A stretch of 63,945 nucleotides of DNA, filler included, from Octopus bimaculoides (taxonomy: Eukaryota), in assembly GCF_001194135.2 (NCBI RefSeq). It is 6 parts of 5 records of this genome, joined end to end, with 100 filler letters (N's around TTAATTAATTAA, not from the genome) between each part and the next. Parts side by side here need not be neighbours in the genome. Positions count along the whole stretch, not along the records: positions 18,654 to 37,766 come from NC_068992.1; positions 37,867 to 51,194 come from NC_068983.1; 4 more parts are not named here. One strand, written 5' to 3'. The position numbers and the translations under genes are program-made. Numbering within the stretch: position 1 is the stretch's first letter; the number at the start of each line of letters is the position of its first letter. Shown piece by piece: positions 27,278-41,135 of the stretch. Under the pieces are notes generated by a model that ran no database searches, was not told where the DNA came from, and saw only the letters and a list, made by a program, of their open reading frames with translations.

Positions 27278-27363
<86 letters not shown>

Positions 27364-27511
27364 ACATAGAAATATATACATACATACATACATATATATA
27401 NNNNNNNNNNNNNTATATATATATATATATATACATATATACATATATATATATTTTCTGTTCCTCTCAAGAAGATATATAAATCCAAATATGTATGTAT
27501 GCATGTATGTA

Positions 27512-27563
<52 letters not shown>

Positions 27564-27984
27564 CATCTATGTGTATATAATCGCACGTGCATTTACAATA
27601 TGTCGCTGTGCATGCCGTATATGCTGTCTGTGAATTTGTTAAAGCATATTTCTCTGTTATTCCAAAGATCAAGTCTAACTTAACTTGCATCATTCTCTCT
27701 TCCTTTTAAATTCGCGTTTCACTTTTCTATTATTTCCCCTCCCTCTCTCTTTGCCTCTCTTTCTCTTTTTCGCTCTCTCATTCTCTAATGCTATCTAACT
27801 CTATCTCTTTCTCTTTATACACTTAATTCTTCCAGACTATCACCCGAACTCCTTTTCTCAACGCGATTTCTCTTTTCCTTCCCATCATTCCCTTCCATTA
27901 TTCTTTAGCTTCTTCTCGTTCTCTATTTCTATGTATGATTCTGTCATTCCTCTTCGCATTCTAAGCCATCTCATCTCATCTATT

Positions 27985-28060
<76 letters not shown>

Positions 28061-29535
28061 CCGTTCTCTATCTTCCTCTCTGTCTCTCTGTATTATTATT
28101 TTCATGGAAAGTATACGTATCTACACTAGGGAAGCAGCTTGGAGTTTTCTCACCTGCTTGCCACCAATCTAACTCTAAGACATATCTATCTCTCAGTATG
28201 CATATCGCGCCTCTCTCTCCCCCTCTCTCTATCTCTTTCTCCTTCTTCATTTACCTGTGTATATTCCTTATTTGCTTTTCTCTAGCACAACACTTCCATG
28301 CTTCGACAACTGTTGTCGCTACTTTTGGCTCAGCTTGTTTTCATTTAATGACGCGAAAAACAAAACAAAAAAGAATAAAATAAACAAAAATATGTATAAT
28401 AGGAAAGTGACACATATGCACACACACACAGATATATATATGAACACATATATATATATATATTTATATACAGCGGTGNNNNNNNNNNNNNNNNNNNNNN
28501 NNNNNNNNNNNNNNNNNNNNNNNNNNNNNNNNNNNNNNNNNNNNNNNNNNNNNNNNNNNNNNNNNNNNNNNNNNNNNNNNNNNNNNNNNNNNNNNNNNNN
28601 NNNNNNNNNNNNNNNNNNNNNNNNNNNNNNNNNNNNNNNNNNNNNNNNNNNNNNNNNNNNNNNNNNNNNNNNNNNNNNNNNNNNNNNNNNNNNNNNNNNN
28701 NNNNNNNNNNNNNNNNNNNNNNNNNNNNNNNNNNNNNNNNNNNNNNNNNNNNNNNNNNNNNNNNNNNNNNNNNNNNNNNNNNNNNNNNNNNNNNNNNNNN
28801 NNNNNNNNNNNNNNNNNNNNNNNNNNNNNNNNNNNNNNNNNNNNNNNNNNNNNNNNNNNNNNNNNNNNNNNNNNNNNNNNNNNNNNNNNNNNNNNNNNNN
28901 NNNNNNNNNNNNNNNNNNNNNNNNNNNNNNNNNNNNNNNNNNNNNNNNNNNNNNNNNNNNNNNNNNNNNNNNNNNNNNNNNNNNNNNNNNNNNNNNNNNN
29001 NNNNNNNNNNNNNNNNNNNNNNNNNNNNNNNNNNNNNNNNNNNNNNNNNNNNNNNNNNNNNNNNNNNNNNNNNNNNNNNNNNNNNNNNNNNGGGGAGATG
29101 AATAAAAAAAGAGACAGAAGAATGAAGAAAGGGAATAAATATCAAAGACAAACCAAACACGTAGAGAGACCATCATTGAATAAAGAAGAAAATAAATAGA
29201 TAAATAAATACACAGCAACACACACACGCACAAAAAAAAAAAAACGGAACGACAGCTTTTGCAACCACAACAAGAACCACTGCAGATGAATGGTACAAAT
29301 GAAGATAAGAAGCGAAAAATAACAACAGCCGCATCGACAGCAGCAACAGCAGCAGGAATTGTGGCAGCGGCAGCAGTAGTAGTAGAGCTAGAAGCAGCAG
29401 CAGGAGCAGTAGTTGCTGTTATTGCGCTATAATAGCGGCGGGGACAACGATATCGGCAGCAACATCGGGTAGGAGAATAACATCCGGAACACCGCCGCGG
29501 CCACCACAAGCAGTAGCAGTAACAGCAACAATAAT

Positions 29536-29601
<66 letters not shown>

Positions 29602-29978
29602 CGCTGCTGCTGCTGCTGCTGCGATAATCACTCGGCACGGAGAGTAGCGAAGCAACTATAAACAAAAGGAAGGTAAAGAGAAAGAAAAAAATATTTGAAA
29701 AGAAGGAGAAAAAAAAGATGCAGGAACCATAGCAACAAAAGTAACATCAGTAAACAACAAGAACAAGAAGAACAACAACAACAATAACAGCATCAGTGAC
29801 AACAACAACAACAACCAAGAGGAAGATTAGAACAACAATATAAAAGATTTAAAAAAACCAACAATTGTAGATATATACATGCTTAAGACATATTGTAAGT
29901 AGAATATATATACAATATAATATATTTATATGTAAATATAAAATATATATATATATAAAATATAATAGATATATACAT

Positions 29979-30030
<52 letters not shown>

Positions 30031-30685
30031 GTATGTATATATATATATATATATATGCATACATATATACGCTCACATGTTATGAACATGATCCGCGTTA
30101 AAATGTGAGGAGAAATATTCAGAATTAAATTGATATAAGGCTTCTAAGTTTGGCAAAGAACCCTGGATCGAATGTACCTACCAATACAGGATATGTACGT
30201 ATTTTGCTGATGTCTTCCACCACCAAAACCTGCCGCCACAACCACCACCGCCGGCACCACTATCACCATCACCACAACCATCATCATCATCATCATCATC
30301 ATCATAATCACCAAATTATAACATATTGATTGTTGCTTATAATTGCTTTCTAATTAAGAAAGACTTTGGAAGTATAAATTATCTGGAATAATACAGATCG
30401 GTTCCAGGTGTGCTAACCGGCGTAAAGAACCAAAAGCTGTTGGTTCGTGAAATGTTCGGCAGAGGTGTTAGCTGTCAAGTGACACGGATCTAATATTAAT
30501 GTGTCTTTTCTCACAAAACAAAGAAAAAAAAAACAAACAAACAGGATTGAACAATTCTCAACGTGTCAAAGTCCTTTTATCAAATCTTTTCATTGAAACC
30601 ATAACGGATATTAAAAATCTTGCTTCGGAATTTTAAATTTAATCATATCAAAGAGACAACTCTCTTTCACAAAAACACACGCATA

Positions 30686-30763
<78 letters not shown>

Positions 30764-31231
30764 GTTTCTTTTAATATATATATAAATTTTATTTCGTTTC
30801 ACTCAAAAAATTTTAACCGACAAATTGTAAAGTATATATACAATATATATATATATATATATAAAATTGTTAATTATTAATTCTATTATTAATTGACGAT
30901 TCCCTGCCCTTATTCTTGTATATATATATATATATATATATACTATACATACGTACATTTATATGTATATGCACACACTCAAATATACATTTGTATATGT
31001 TTATATATAAAAAATTATGTTTATCGAATCTTAGTTGTATTGTTGAAGCGTATGTTTCTTCGCGGGAAAACGTAAGCACACCGCTTTTATACATCGCATA
31101 TTTACAGTATTCACACACACACACACACATGTACATACATGAATGTAGATGCACGTACGTACACACACAAGGAACAACACTAAAACTGTGTTCATTTCAC
31201 GAGGATATTCGCGAAAGAGGTTAACATAAGG

Positions 31232-31278
<47 letters not shown>

Positions 31279-31645
31279 TAAATACTCTTGTTATACTTAT
31301 ATCGCACTCCTCTACTTTTACCAAGGACCAAAGATACTACCTCCTCCACCTTCACCATCCCCCACTGCAACCACTACCACAACCGCCACCACCATCGCCA
31401 CCACCGTCGCCACCACCGTCGCCACCACCGTCACCACCGCCATCACCATCCACCCCACCACCATTACATTGTATAATTAGTGTTGTTTCTATCACTTCCT
31501 CTTCAACAATCAACAATATTTTTATGCACTTCAACAATCAACAATATTTTCATGCAATCAGACAATTAACACACTATACAGGATGATCAGATCTGGAACG
31601 TGTTGCTCATTGGTTTGCTTGATGATCAAGGTTAACCAGGGGCTA

Positions 31646-31683
<38 letters not shown>

Positions 31684-32805
31684 GTAACAACAACTACAAT
31701 AACAATAACTATTTAATATCATACACACGTGATTGAACTATCGCGTAGCCATTCGAAAACAACGAATATTTATTTAAATCGAAAGTAAAACACATCAGAA
31801 TCTGTGCAATCAACACCCACCCACACAAACACAGCATGCGCATATTTCGTCGGAAAAAAACGCCGAAGCTTATATGTGATCGTTCAATTTACTAGAGATA
31901 ACAGCCGAAACTCTCTATTACATCTCAGTTTTTTTTTTTCTTTGTTGAATGACAAACGGTAAAAACATATTAGATAAAGAGATGATTTACAGCTGATTAG
32001 AACAAAAATAAAAATAATAAATATAGATAAAAAAAATAACAGTAGAAATAAAAGAAAAGAAGGAAAGAAACAATAAACTGAATGGCCGTGATTAGTACGG
32101 ATTTGACCATCGGTCTGTCAGATCAGGGATGACTTGAAAGCGAATACAACAGCAACACTTCCAAACCTAAATCATTCATGCGTATACATACATAAGTACA
32201 CACACATACACACAGACGCGCACACACACACACACACACACNNNNNNNNNNNNNNNNNNNNNNNNNNNNNNNNNNNNNNNNNNNNNNNNNNNNNNNNNNN
32301 NNNNNNNNNNNNNNNNNNNNNNNNNNNNNNNNNNNNNNNNNNNNNNNNNNNNNNNNNNNNNNNNNNNNNNNNNNNNNNNNNNNNNNNNNNNNNNNNNNNN
32401 NNNNNNNNNNNNNNNNNNNNNNNNNNNNNNNNNNNNNNNNNNNNNNNNNNNNNNNNNNNNNNNNNNNNNNNNNNNNNNNNNNNNNNNNNNNNNNNNNNNN
32501 NNNNNNNNNNNNNNNNNNNNNNNNNNNNNNNNNNNNNNNNNNNNNNNNNNNNNNNNNNNNNNNNNNNNNNNNNNNNNNNNNNNNNNNNNNNNNNNNNNNN
32601 NNNNNNNNNNNNNNNNNNNNNNNNNNNNNNNNNNNNNNNNNNNNNNNNNNNNNNNNNNNNNNNNNNNNNNNNNNNNNNNNNNNNNNNNNNNNNNNNNNNN
32701 NNNNNNNNNNNNNNNNNNNNNNNNNNNNNNNNNNNNNNNNNNNNNNNNNNNNNNNNNNNNNNNNNNNNNNNNNNNNNNNNNNNNNNNNNNNCACCACCAC
32801 CACCT

Positions 32806-32841
<36 letters not shown>

Positions 32842-33063
32842 AAGTGTCTGACCCATCTAACGCGCATTTACAGATTGTACAACCTGCATAAAGGTTGCTC
32901 CTAAATTTCAATTATGTCGCTAATGATGTTGGATGAGGTATGCAAGCCACAAGTTCTTCCTTCATTTTCATCTCTTCACTCATCATATAAGTACGTGGCT
33001 TTGTATAAGAAACCAGAAAATAAATAAATGAATAAATAAATAGTTTTCAAAAGTTATATATTT

Positions 33064-33121
33064 GAGGTCATCAGTCTGATGAAGGCAAGCAAACCGAAAC
33101 TTCGAACTCACTGACAACCTT
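33064..33121 (+). ncRNA. Type I hammerhead ribozyme motif (Penelope type), one stem III mismatch
   Basis: CTGATGA (33076-82), GAAA (33096-99), stem I AGGT-CA-TCAGT / ACTGA-CA-ACCT, stem II GG/CC, stem III ACTTCGAACT, putative cleavage after C33109. Confidence 0.65.
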
Positions 33122-33477
33122 TTCATTGTAAAAAAAATATAAGTAAATGTATGTATACATATATGCATAAGCCTACGCGTGTATATTTTTGAATTGACTT
33201 ATACACACAAATACACGCACACACTCACATACAAACGCAGAAACACAAAAGTACTTATACACACACCCACATTCTTACACATACACACACACATATATAT
33301 ATACATACATACACACACGCACGCACACACATGCACTCGCGCGCGCGCACACATGTGTATGGATCAAAAATATAGAAAATATTCCAAATATTAACAGATC
33401 TATACAGATGTATTATAAAAAATAAACGAAGAAAACGCAACAAAAAGGAAATCAACAACAATAATAAAAATACTACA

Positions 33478-33533
<56 letters not shown>

Positions 33534-34939
33534 TATATACTTTATACAGAAGAGCATTTCGATATAAATTGATTTTCACAACAGTGTACCAATGATTATA
33601 CTTAGAAAAACAAATACAATCACATCAAAAAAGGAAAAGAAAAAATAATAATAATAAAAGAAAAGACAAAACAATTGTTATATATTTGTTTATTTATTTA
33701 CCCTTCATACAATCACCACCACTACCACCACCTCCATCACCACCATCANNNNNNNNNNNNNNNNNNNNNNNNNNNNNNNNNNNNNNNNNNNNNNNNNNNN
33801 NNNNNNNNNNNNNNNNNNNNNNNNNNNNNACCACCACCACCACCACCACTACCGCCACCACCACCACCGCCACCACAACCACTATCATTATTATCGATCA
33901 CCACGGTCATTATCATCACCTTCATCATCATCAGCTTTTTCATCATCATCATCGTCATCATCATTACTGTTACCAACATGATATTTTTAATACTTCTGCT
34001 ACTGTTAACTTCAAGCCACAAAACGCAATTAACCTAAACATTGCGGTTGAATGTACATCAATGTATTTGGAGTCAGAAGAAAAAAAAACAAAAAACAACA
34101 ACAACAACAACAACAACAAAACACGTGTGAAAGCAAATACAATTACATTTTGAACAACAACAACACCAACAACAACAATAATAATAATAACAACAACAAA
34201 ATGGCGACGACGAAGATTACAATTACAGGTGATAAATAATATAATGAATAATTGAACGGAAATAGATTTCTCTCTCTTTCTCTCTCTCTCCCTCTCTCTA
34301 CCTTTTTCTTTGTATGCGTGGTGTCACGCTTGGCAATAAACTAACAACGTTCTGCTTAACCGGAAGTCAGCTGGACTATTTAAATATCCTTTTGAAAATT
34401 TAATTCTGTTACAGTTATTGTTCGTTATATTGTTCATTTTTTGTGCTTTTATTCTTTTCCCTCCTGTTCATTTTCCCTTTTCTTTTTGTATATATATAAT
34501 TATATTGTGTATTTTGTTTATATATGTTAATAATTGTTATCATTATGGTGAGCAGTTCAGAACAGAGATAATTAAGAATCGCAACCATTGAATTTTGTCA
34601 TCCACAATCCCAAAGGTTTTCTTGCTCACCGTCAAATTAAACTCCATCATTGAAACTTTGTTCCCCACTTAATGATTCACGAAAATGCCATGAATAGCGA
34701 TACAACCATTGCTCTTGTCTTTTAAAAATCAAGCTACCAAGCTCAGAGAAATTTGCTTTAATTTGAAAACTATATATATGTATATATATATATATATGTA
34801 TATATAAATACGTATATACATACATACACACATATATATGCATACATACATACATACAAATACAACCACACGTATACATACCAACATTCATACATACATA
34901 CCTAAACTCATTTATTCATTCATATATACATATATATAA

Positions 34940-35100
34940 TTACGGACACACGAACCCCTTCCTTGTTTTGCCATCATTACCCCCTCTTTACTTTCTTTTT
35001 CTATCTTTCCTCTGATTAAAGACTAACTTCCGAAACGTCAGTACTTTTAAAACTTGTCCCTCCCGTGTGGTCTTTGTTCTGTGCTCAATTATACCTCTCT
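34940..35100 (+). mobile_element. Penelope-like pseudo-LTR remnant with a degenerate hammerhead
   Basis: CTCTGATTAAAGACTAACTTCCGAAACGTCAG at 35010-35041. Confidence 0.45.
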
Positions 35101-36463
35101 GTTCACACACATACACACACGCTCGCGCGTACACACACGCCCGCGCGTACACACACGCCCGCGCGTACACACACACACACACACACACACCCACATACAT
35201 ATATATATATACTTAAAGAAAGATTTACAGAGTCATCAATACACAGCTTCGTCGACGGAAGAAAAGCCTATTTTATTCTTATAATTGCCATTTGTTGTTA
35301 CTGCTGCTGTTTGTTGCTGTTGCCACACGGTCATTTAATTATATTCTCAAAATCATTTTTTCTTATATGTGTGTGTGTGTGTGTGTATGTGTGTGCATGT
35401 GTGTGTGTGTGTAGACATACATACGTATTTGTGTGCATTCTGTTTTATTCCTATGTTATATTTTTCACTTATGATCAACAAATGCAGACAATTTCAAATT
35501 ATTCTTTGGAAATGAGAAAACTTATAAATCAACAAGTAACATGTCGATTGTTTTAAAACAAAACTTTTCTATTGCTAAAAATTCCATTGCTCTTTTTTCT
35601 CCATTTAAAGCAAGATCTCCCGCTTCAACTGCAATTATAATACTATAAAGCATTATTTAACTATAAACTACAAAACCACACTTATATATTTACCCACTCA
35701 GACCACCACTAACTCCACCAAATTCCAGTGTTTAACTTTTTATAACTTATATTTTTGCTATATTTCACTTACTATATCGTCCTCTACAGTGAGATATCTT
35801 CTATTGACTGAAAAAATTCTCTGTTGTTCGTCAGCTACAAAGTCCTCCATTTTAACTGATATTTCTAAATGTTAAAGCTATTGACCGAGCTTACATCTAT
35901 TTAAATTCATGCCCTTTTATTTCTCTCTCTTTATCTCCTTATCTCTCTTCCCCCTCTCTCTGTGTTTATCTAGCTATTGCTTTATTTCGTTCACTATTGA
36001 TCCACTTACTTAAATTACTTGTCTGTTTAGCGTGTCTTTTCCGCCATTTATTTTGTTGCTGTTGACACAAAAAGCTGTCTTCAAATCCAGCACTATTGTT
36101 GATTTCTCTCGCATGTTGTTTACGTTGTTAACATTAGTTTAAGTCAACCAGGCAAGGATTTAAGCTCAACACTTTTATTAACAATACAACTGAAACATGA
36201 AGCGATCAGTTGTTTAAGCCGTTGGTCTCAAACTTTTCTAATAACTATTTACATTAAATAGCATTGAGTCAGTGTTAAGTAGGCTTATTTGCCAAACACA
36301 CTGTGGAATTTTGGTCCAACAGCACTCGGTTACTAGTGGCATTTAACTGTTTTTCTACCAATCATCCATTGAATTCATCAGCTATTTAAGTCTTTGAGCA
36401 ATATTTATATCTACATTACACACAAGCACACATACAAACAACACACAGGCGCGCGCGCACGCA

Positions 36464-36535
<72 letters not shown>

Positions 36536-36735
36536 TATACATATATTATATATCATAGCATCAGTATAGTTGTATATTTATTAATTATCTACTCTCTATT
36601 GATTGCTTGCCTACCTAACAGTATAACTGCTTAATCTTAAGAATACCTATCTATCCATCCATCCATCCATCCATCCATCCACCCATCAAATAATATATTA
36701 TAACATAATATAGGATATATATTTATTATTATTAT

Positions 36736-36775
<40 letters not shown>

Positions 36776-37455
36776 NNNNNNNNNNNNNNNNNNNNNNNNN
36801 NNNNNNNNNNNNNNNNNNNNNNNNNNNNNNNNNNNNNNNNNNNNNNNNNNNNNNNNNNNNNNNNNNNNNNNNNNNNNNNNNNNNNNNNNNNNNNNNNNNN
36901 NNNNNNNNNNNNNNNNNNNNNNNNNNNNNNNNNNNNNNNNNNNNNNNNNNNNNNNNNNNNNNNNNNNNNNNNNNNNNNNNNNNNNNNNNNNNNNNNNNNN
37001 NNNNNNNNNNNNNNNNNNNNNNNNNNNNNNNNNNNNNNNNNNNNNNNNNNNNNNNNNNNNNNNNNNNNNNNNNNNNNNNNNNNNNNNNNNNNNNNNNNNN
37101 NNNNNNNNNNNNNNNNNNNNNNNNNNNNNNNNNNNNNNNNNNNNNNNNNNNNNNNNNNNNNNNNNNNNNNNNNNNNNNNNNNNNNNNNNNNNNNNNNNNN
37201 NNNNNNNNNNNNNNNNNNNNNNNNNNNNNNNNNNNNNNNNNNNNNNNNNNNNNNNNNNNNNNNNNNNNNNNNNNNNNNNNNNNNNNNNNNNNNNNNNNNN
37301 NNNNNNNNNNNNNNNNNNNNNNNNNNNNNNNNNNNNNNNNNNNNNNNNNNNNNNNNNNNNNNNNNNNNNNNNNNNNNNNNNNNNNNNNNNNNNNNNNNNN
37401 NNNNNNNNNNNNNNNNNNNNNNNNNNNNNNNNNNNNNNNNNNNNNNNNNNNNNTA

Positions 37456-37519
<64 letters not shown>

Positions 37520-37866
37520 TGTATGTACAATTGTACACATGGACATCATGACAAGCAAAGAGATGCATGGTTCGCTTCTTGGCTGTATTCACTGTTCTAA
37601 TTCGATGTCAAGTTTTTTCGTTAATGCATGTGTGTGTACAAATACATACATACATGCATTCATATAAATACACATATGTATGTGTGTGTGTTACATATAT
37701 ATGTATATATATATATATGAAAGTGTGTGTGTTTATATATACATATATACTTAAATATATATATATNNNNNNNNNNNNNNNNNNNNNNNNNNNNNNNNNN
37801 NNNNNNNNNNTTAATTAATTAANNNNNNNNNNNNNNNNNNNNNNNNNNNNNNNNNNNNNNNNNNNN

Positions 37867-38640
37867 GCACTACCCGTTCGGGATAAGTTCTACAGACACG
37901 TATTGAGACATGCCGCCGGTCCGACCTGCCCGAGGTGCCGGCAGGACGACGAGACCGTCCTGCATGCCCTCGTGCAGTGTCCTCATATATTGAATCTGTG
38001 GAACTATGTCGAACGACTTCTGTCACGTGTAGAGTCGACCGTTCTGTCGACTGAGTCTATTGTGAATATTGTCCCGCCACCTTCCTTTAACCGGGAAGGC
38101 ACAGCCGTATTCATCACCTTGTTGGCTATGGCTGAGGAGTGTATATGGTGGACCAGAATGAAAGGACTAGAGACGAATACTTTCCTTTCTGGCCAACCTC
38201 TAATTAACTGTTTCAAGTACCACTTGAAAAGGAAGATTAGAGTAGAGAGAGAAGTGTTGTCGAGTAAATGCTTCGATAAAAAGTGGGTGAATGTAGCAAG
38301 AATGGTCCGTGTGAATGACGGACCCAGTCTAAGCATAACCCTGTAAAAGAAGAGGAGAGAAAGAGAGTAGGGACCTTGCCCCAGAATAGTGACGCCCATC
38401 CATTGTCCAAGGTCTCCGTGGTCCTTTTTTCGTAGGTTTTTTCTTCCCACGGATACCCTTACCTGTTTTTGTTAATACGAACATTAACATTTTTTAAATT
38501 TCACTTTTCGAAATTTTCGACTTTATTAACAAAAACTTTTTTTTTTAATTTTTTAATTTTTTCTTGTTTTTTTTTCTTTAAAGGAAAAAATTCTACATTG
38601 CATTGTCCCCTCTATATTGAGACCTGTGTGTCTAATAAAA
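37867..38640 (+). mobile_element. Tx1/L1-clade LINE ORF2 C-terminus and 3' UTR
   Basis: CPRCRQDDETVLHALVQC zinc-knuckle, LWNYVE, WWTR, KRKIRVERE...F..KW, stop at 38346. T-rich UTR ending near aataaaag. Confidence 0.88.
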
Positions 38641-38736
38641 GAAATCTATCTACCAATAGAACTATCTATACATTTTTATACATATATGTTTATATACATG
38701 TATATTTACACAGACACACACAGACACACATACACA

Positions 38737-38773
<37 letters not shown>

Positions 38774-39498
38774 ACATATATATAAAAAATAAGAGAGAGA
38801 GTGGAGCGAGAGAGGGAGGAGCGAGTGAGAGAGAGAGGGGAGCGAGAGAGAGAGAAGAGTGAGAGAGAGAGAGAGTAGAGCGAGAGAGTGAAAGGAGCAA
38901 GAGTGAAAATTATTCCGTAGTGAAGATGTAAAATATCTACGAAGTCATTAATGAGACATTTCTGCTGCTACTTTGACTACATGACATGTCTTCAAATATC
39001 TTGAGTGATAATTTAAATATAACAGTTGAACAATCCCAAGAGGTCATTTCGCGATGCCTTTCATGGATAGAACAAAATACTAATTAATTATGGAAGTCGA
39101 TTCAATCAAATGTCTCCCTCTCCATCTCTAAATTTATTTATTATTTTTTTTTGCTTCTATGTATACAATAGTTATTACTGTCACCTTCTTAGCGATTTAG
39201 CGGTTTAATTGTTCCATAATATTTGTTTGAACAAGTAATCATCTGTTTCATCTGCGAGCACGCCTAATCGAGTGTACAGAGGAAATAGTCGTAGGAAATT
39301 GCCGGTTGATCAAACGATTAATCACAAAATTGATTAGATAATTAGTTAAGTTCGTCATCGATAATAATAAAAGGAAACGAAATGCTACTGATGTGTGCGG
39401 TTTATATTTACAATATAAAACTCTGGTAGCTAAACGACATACACACACTTATTCACACACACGCACATCCATCCATCTATCTACCTGTCTATCTATCC

Positions 39499-39547
<49 letters not shown>

Positions 39548-39584
39548 CACACATATGTATGTATGTAATTATGTGTATACATAC

Positions 39585-39750
39585 GCGGAGGAGTGGGTGT
39601 GTGGTATGAAGCTTATTCCCAACCGCATACTTCCGGGTTCAGTCGCACTTCGTGGGACCTTCGTCAGGTGCATTCTTCTATAGCCCCGTACCGATCAATT
39701 TCTTGTGAGTGGATCTGGCAAACGGAAACTGAAAGAAACCCATCGTATAT
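39585..39750 (+). mobile_element. SINE family B head, degenerate
   Basis: gcggaggagtgggtgtgtggtatgaagctt...ccgggttcagtc...aaactgaaagaaacccatcgtat. Confidence 0.75.
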
Positions 39751-39784
39751 ATAAATATATATATATAGATACAAATATATTTAC

Positions 39785-40152
39785 TCTTTTATTTGTCTCA
39801 GTAATTTCACTGCAGCCGTGCTAGTGCACCAATTTTAGTCATATAAATTGACCTCAGAACTTATTCTTTGTAAGTCTAGTACTTAATCTATCGATCACTT
39901 TTGCTGAACTACTAAGTTACGGAGACGTAAACACACCAACATCGGTTGTCAAGCCATGGCTCGTGGAGAAACACACACACACATATATACGACGGGCTTC
40001 GTTCAGTTTCCGTCTACCAAATCCAATCACAAGGCTTTGGTCGGCCCGAGGCTATAACAGACAATACTTGCCCAAGCTGCTACGCAGTGGGACTGAACTC
40101 AGAAGCATGTGCTTGGTAAGCAAGCTGCTTACCACACAGCCAATACTGCGCC
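39785..40152 (-). mobile_element. SINE family B, near full copy
   Basis: Reverse complement of both head and tail. Confidence 0.8.
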
Positions 40153-41046
40153 TATGTTTAATATTTTTGAAATTCCATACTATGAGCCTTCCATAGTAGC
40201 TATCTCTTCGCAAGTTACAAAGCCTTCAGCGTTTGTTTACAAATATTACATATAGTATTAGACAGTTTAAGTAGATATTAACTAAATTTGGATGAAATTG
40301 ATGGGTGAGTGTTTGGACCAATCGAATGCACAAAGAGCCGCCTTAGCGTTGAATTGTAGGTTCGATTCTGACTGGGGTTATATCATCATTTTCCAGTCGT
40401 TTGTTTGTCTTTTTACATTGTCGCTTCAAATCGGAGAATGAAATATTATTATGCTATATTCTTATACAATTATCGTTATACTATGAGCCTTGCATAGTAG
40501 CTTTCTCTCTGCAACTTACAAAGCGTTCCGCGTTTGTTTACAAATATTATATTATATATAATATGATATCATTATACAGTTACACACCCACACACCCACA
40601 CACACACAGACACACACATATATAAATATATATAATATCAGGTTAAGAAAAAATTTTAGTGACCTAGCGTGGAGAAAGATTAATCAATAGAATAGACTGT
40701 ATATTATTCATATAATAGAGTGTCATTTAAACACATAAGAGGTAACCATCATAGGAAACCTAGCACGCTAGAAGGAATAGCCAAAATCCAAACCACTATT
40801 AGGGATATATTTCGAAGGGAATGAAAAACAAAAACATTTACCATCTTTCTCCTGGACCATGGTTTCTAGCTTTATATTAGCAAATAATATGATTTGCCAG
40901 GCAGAGCTTTCATCAACAAGTACGCTATGATTAAACATATAAACACGTGTTTATATGTTTAATCATGGGGTACCTGCATACAGATTTAATCGAAGAGATT
41001 GGCTTCTGCTAAAACGTCGCAAAAATTTATGTCCAATAATAACAAT

Positions 41047-41083
<37 letters not shown>

Positions 41084-41091
41084 GCAACAAC

Positions 41092-41134
<43 letters not shown>

Positions 41135-41135
<1 letters not shown>

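Noticed and set aside
28152-28172. Minus 21-nt segment ELDWWQA with CAG|GTGAGA donor, SH3-like
   Set aside because: Purine-rich weak acceptor, too short to assign a domain, and no partner exons found.
29100-29665. Long Ser/Ala/Thr/Cys-rich ORFs
   Set aside because: Cryptic trinucleotide simple repeats open in several frames; no splice or domain support.
37811-37822. Recurrent TTAATTAATTAA motif resembling a conserved element or repeat array
   Set aside because: Always centred in ~100-nt N blocks; a scaffolding linker.
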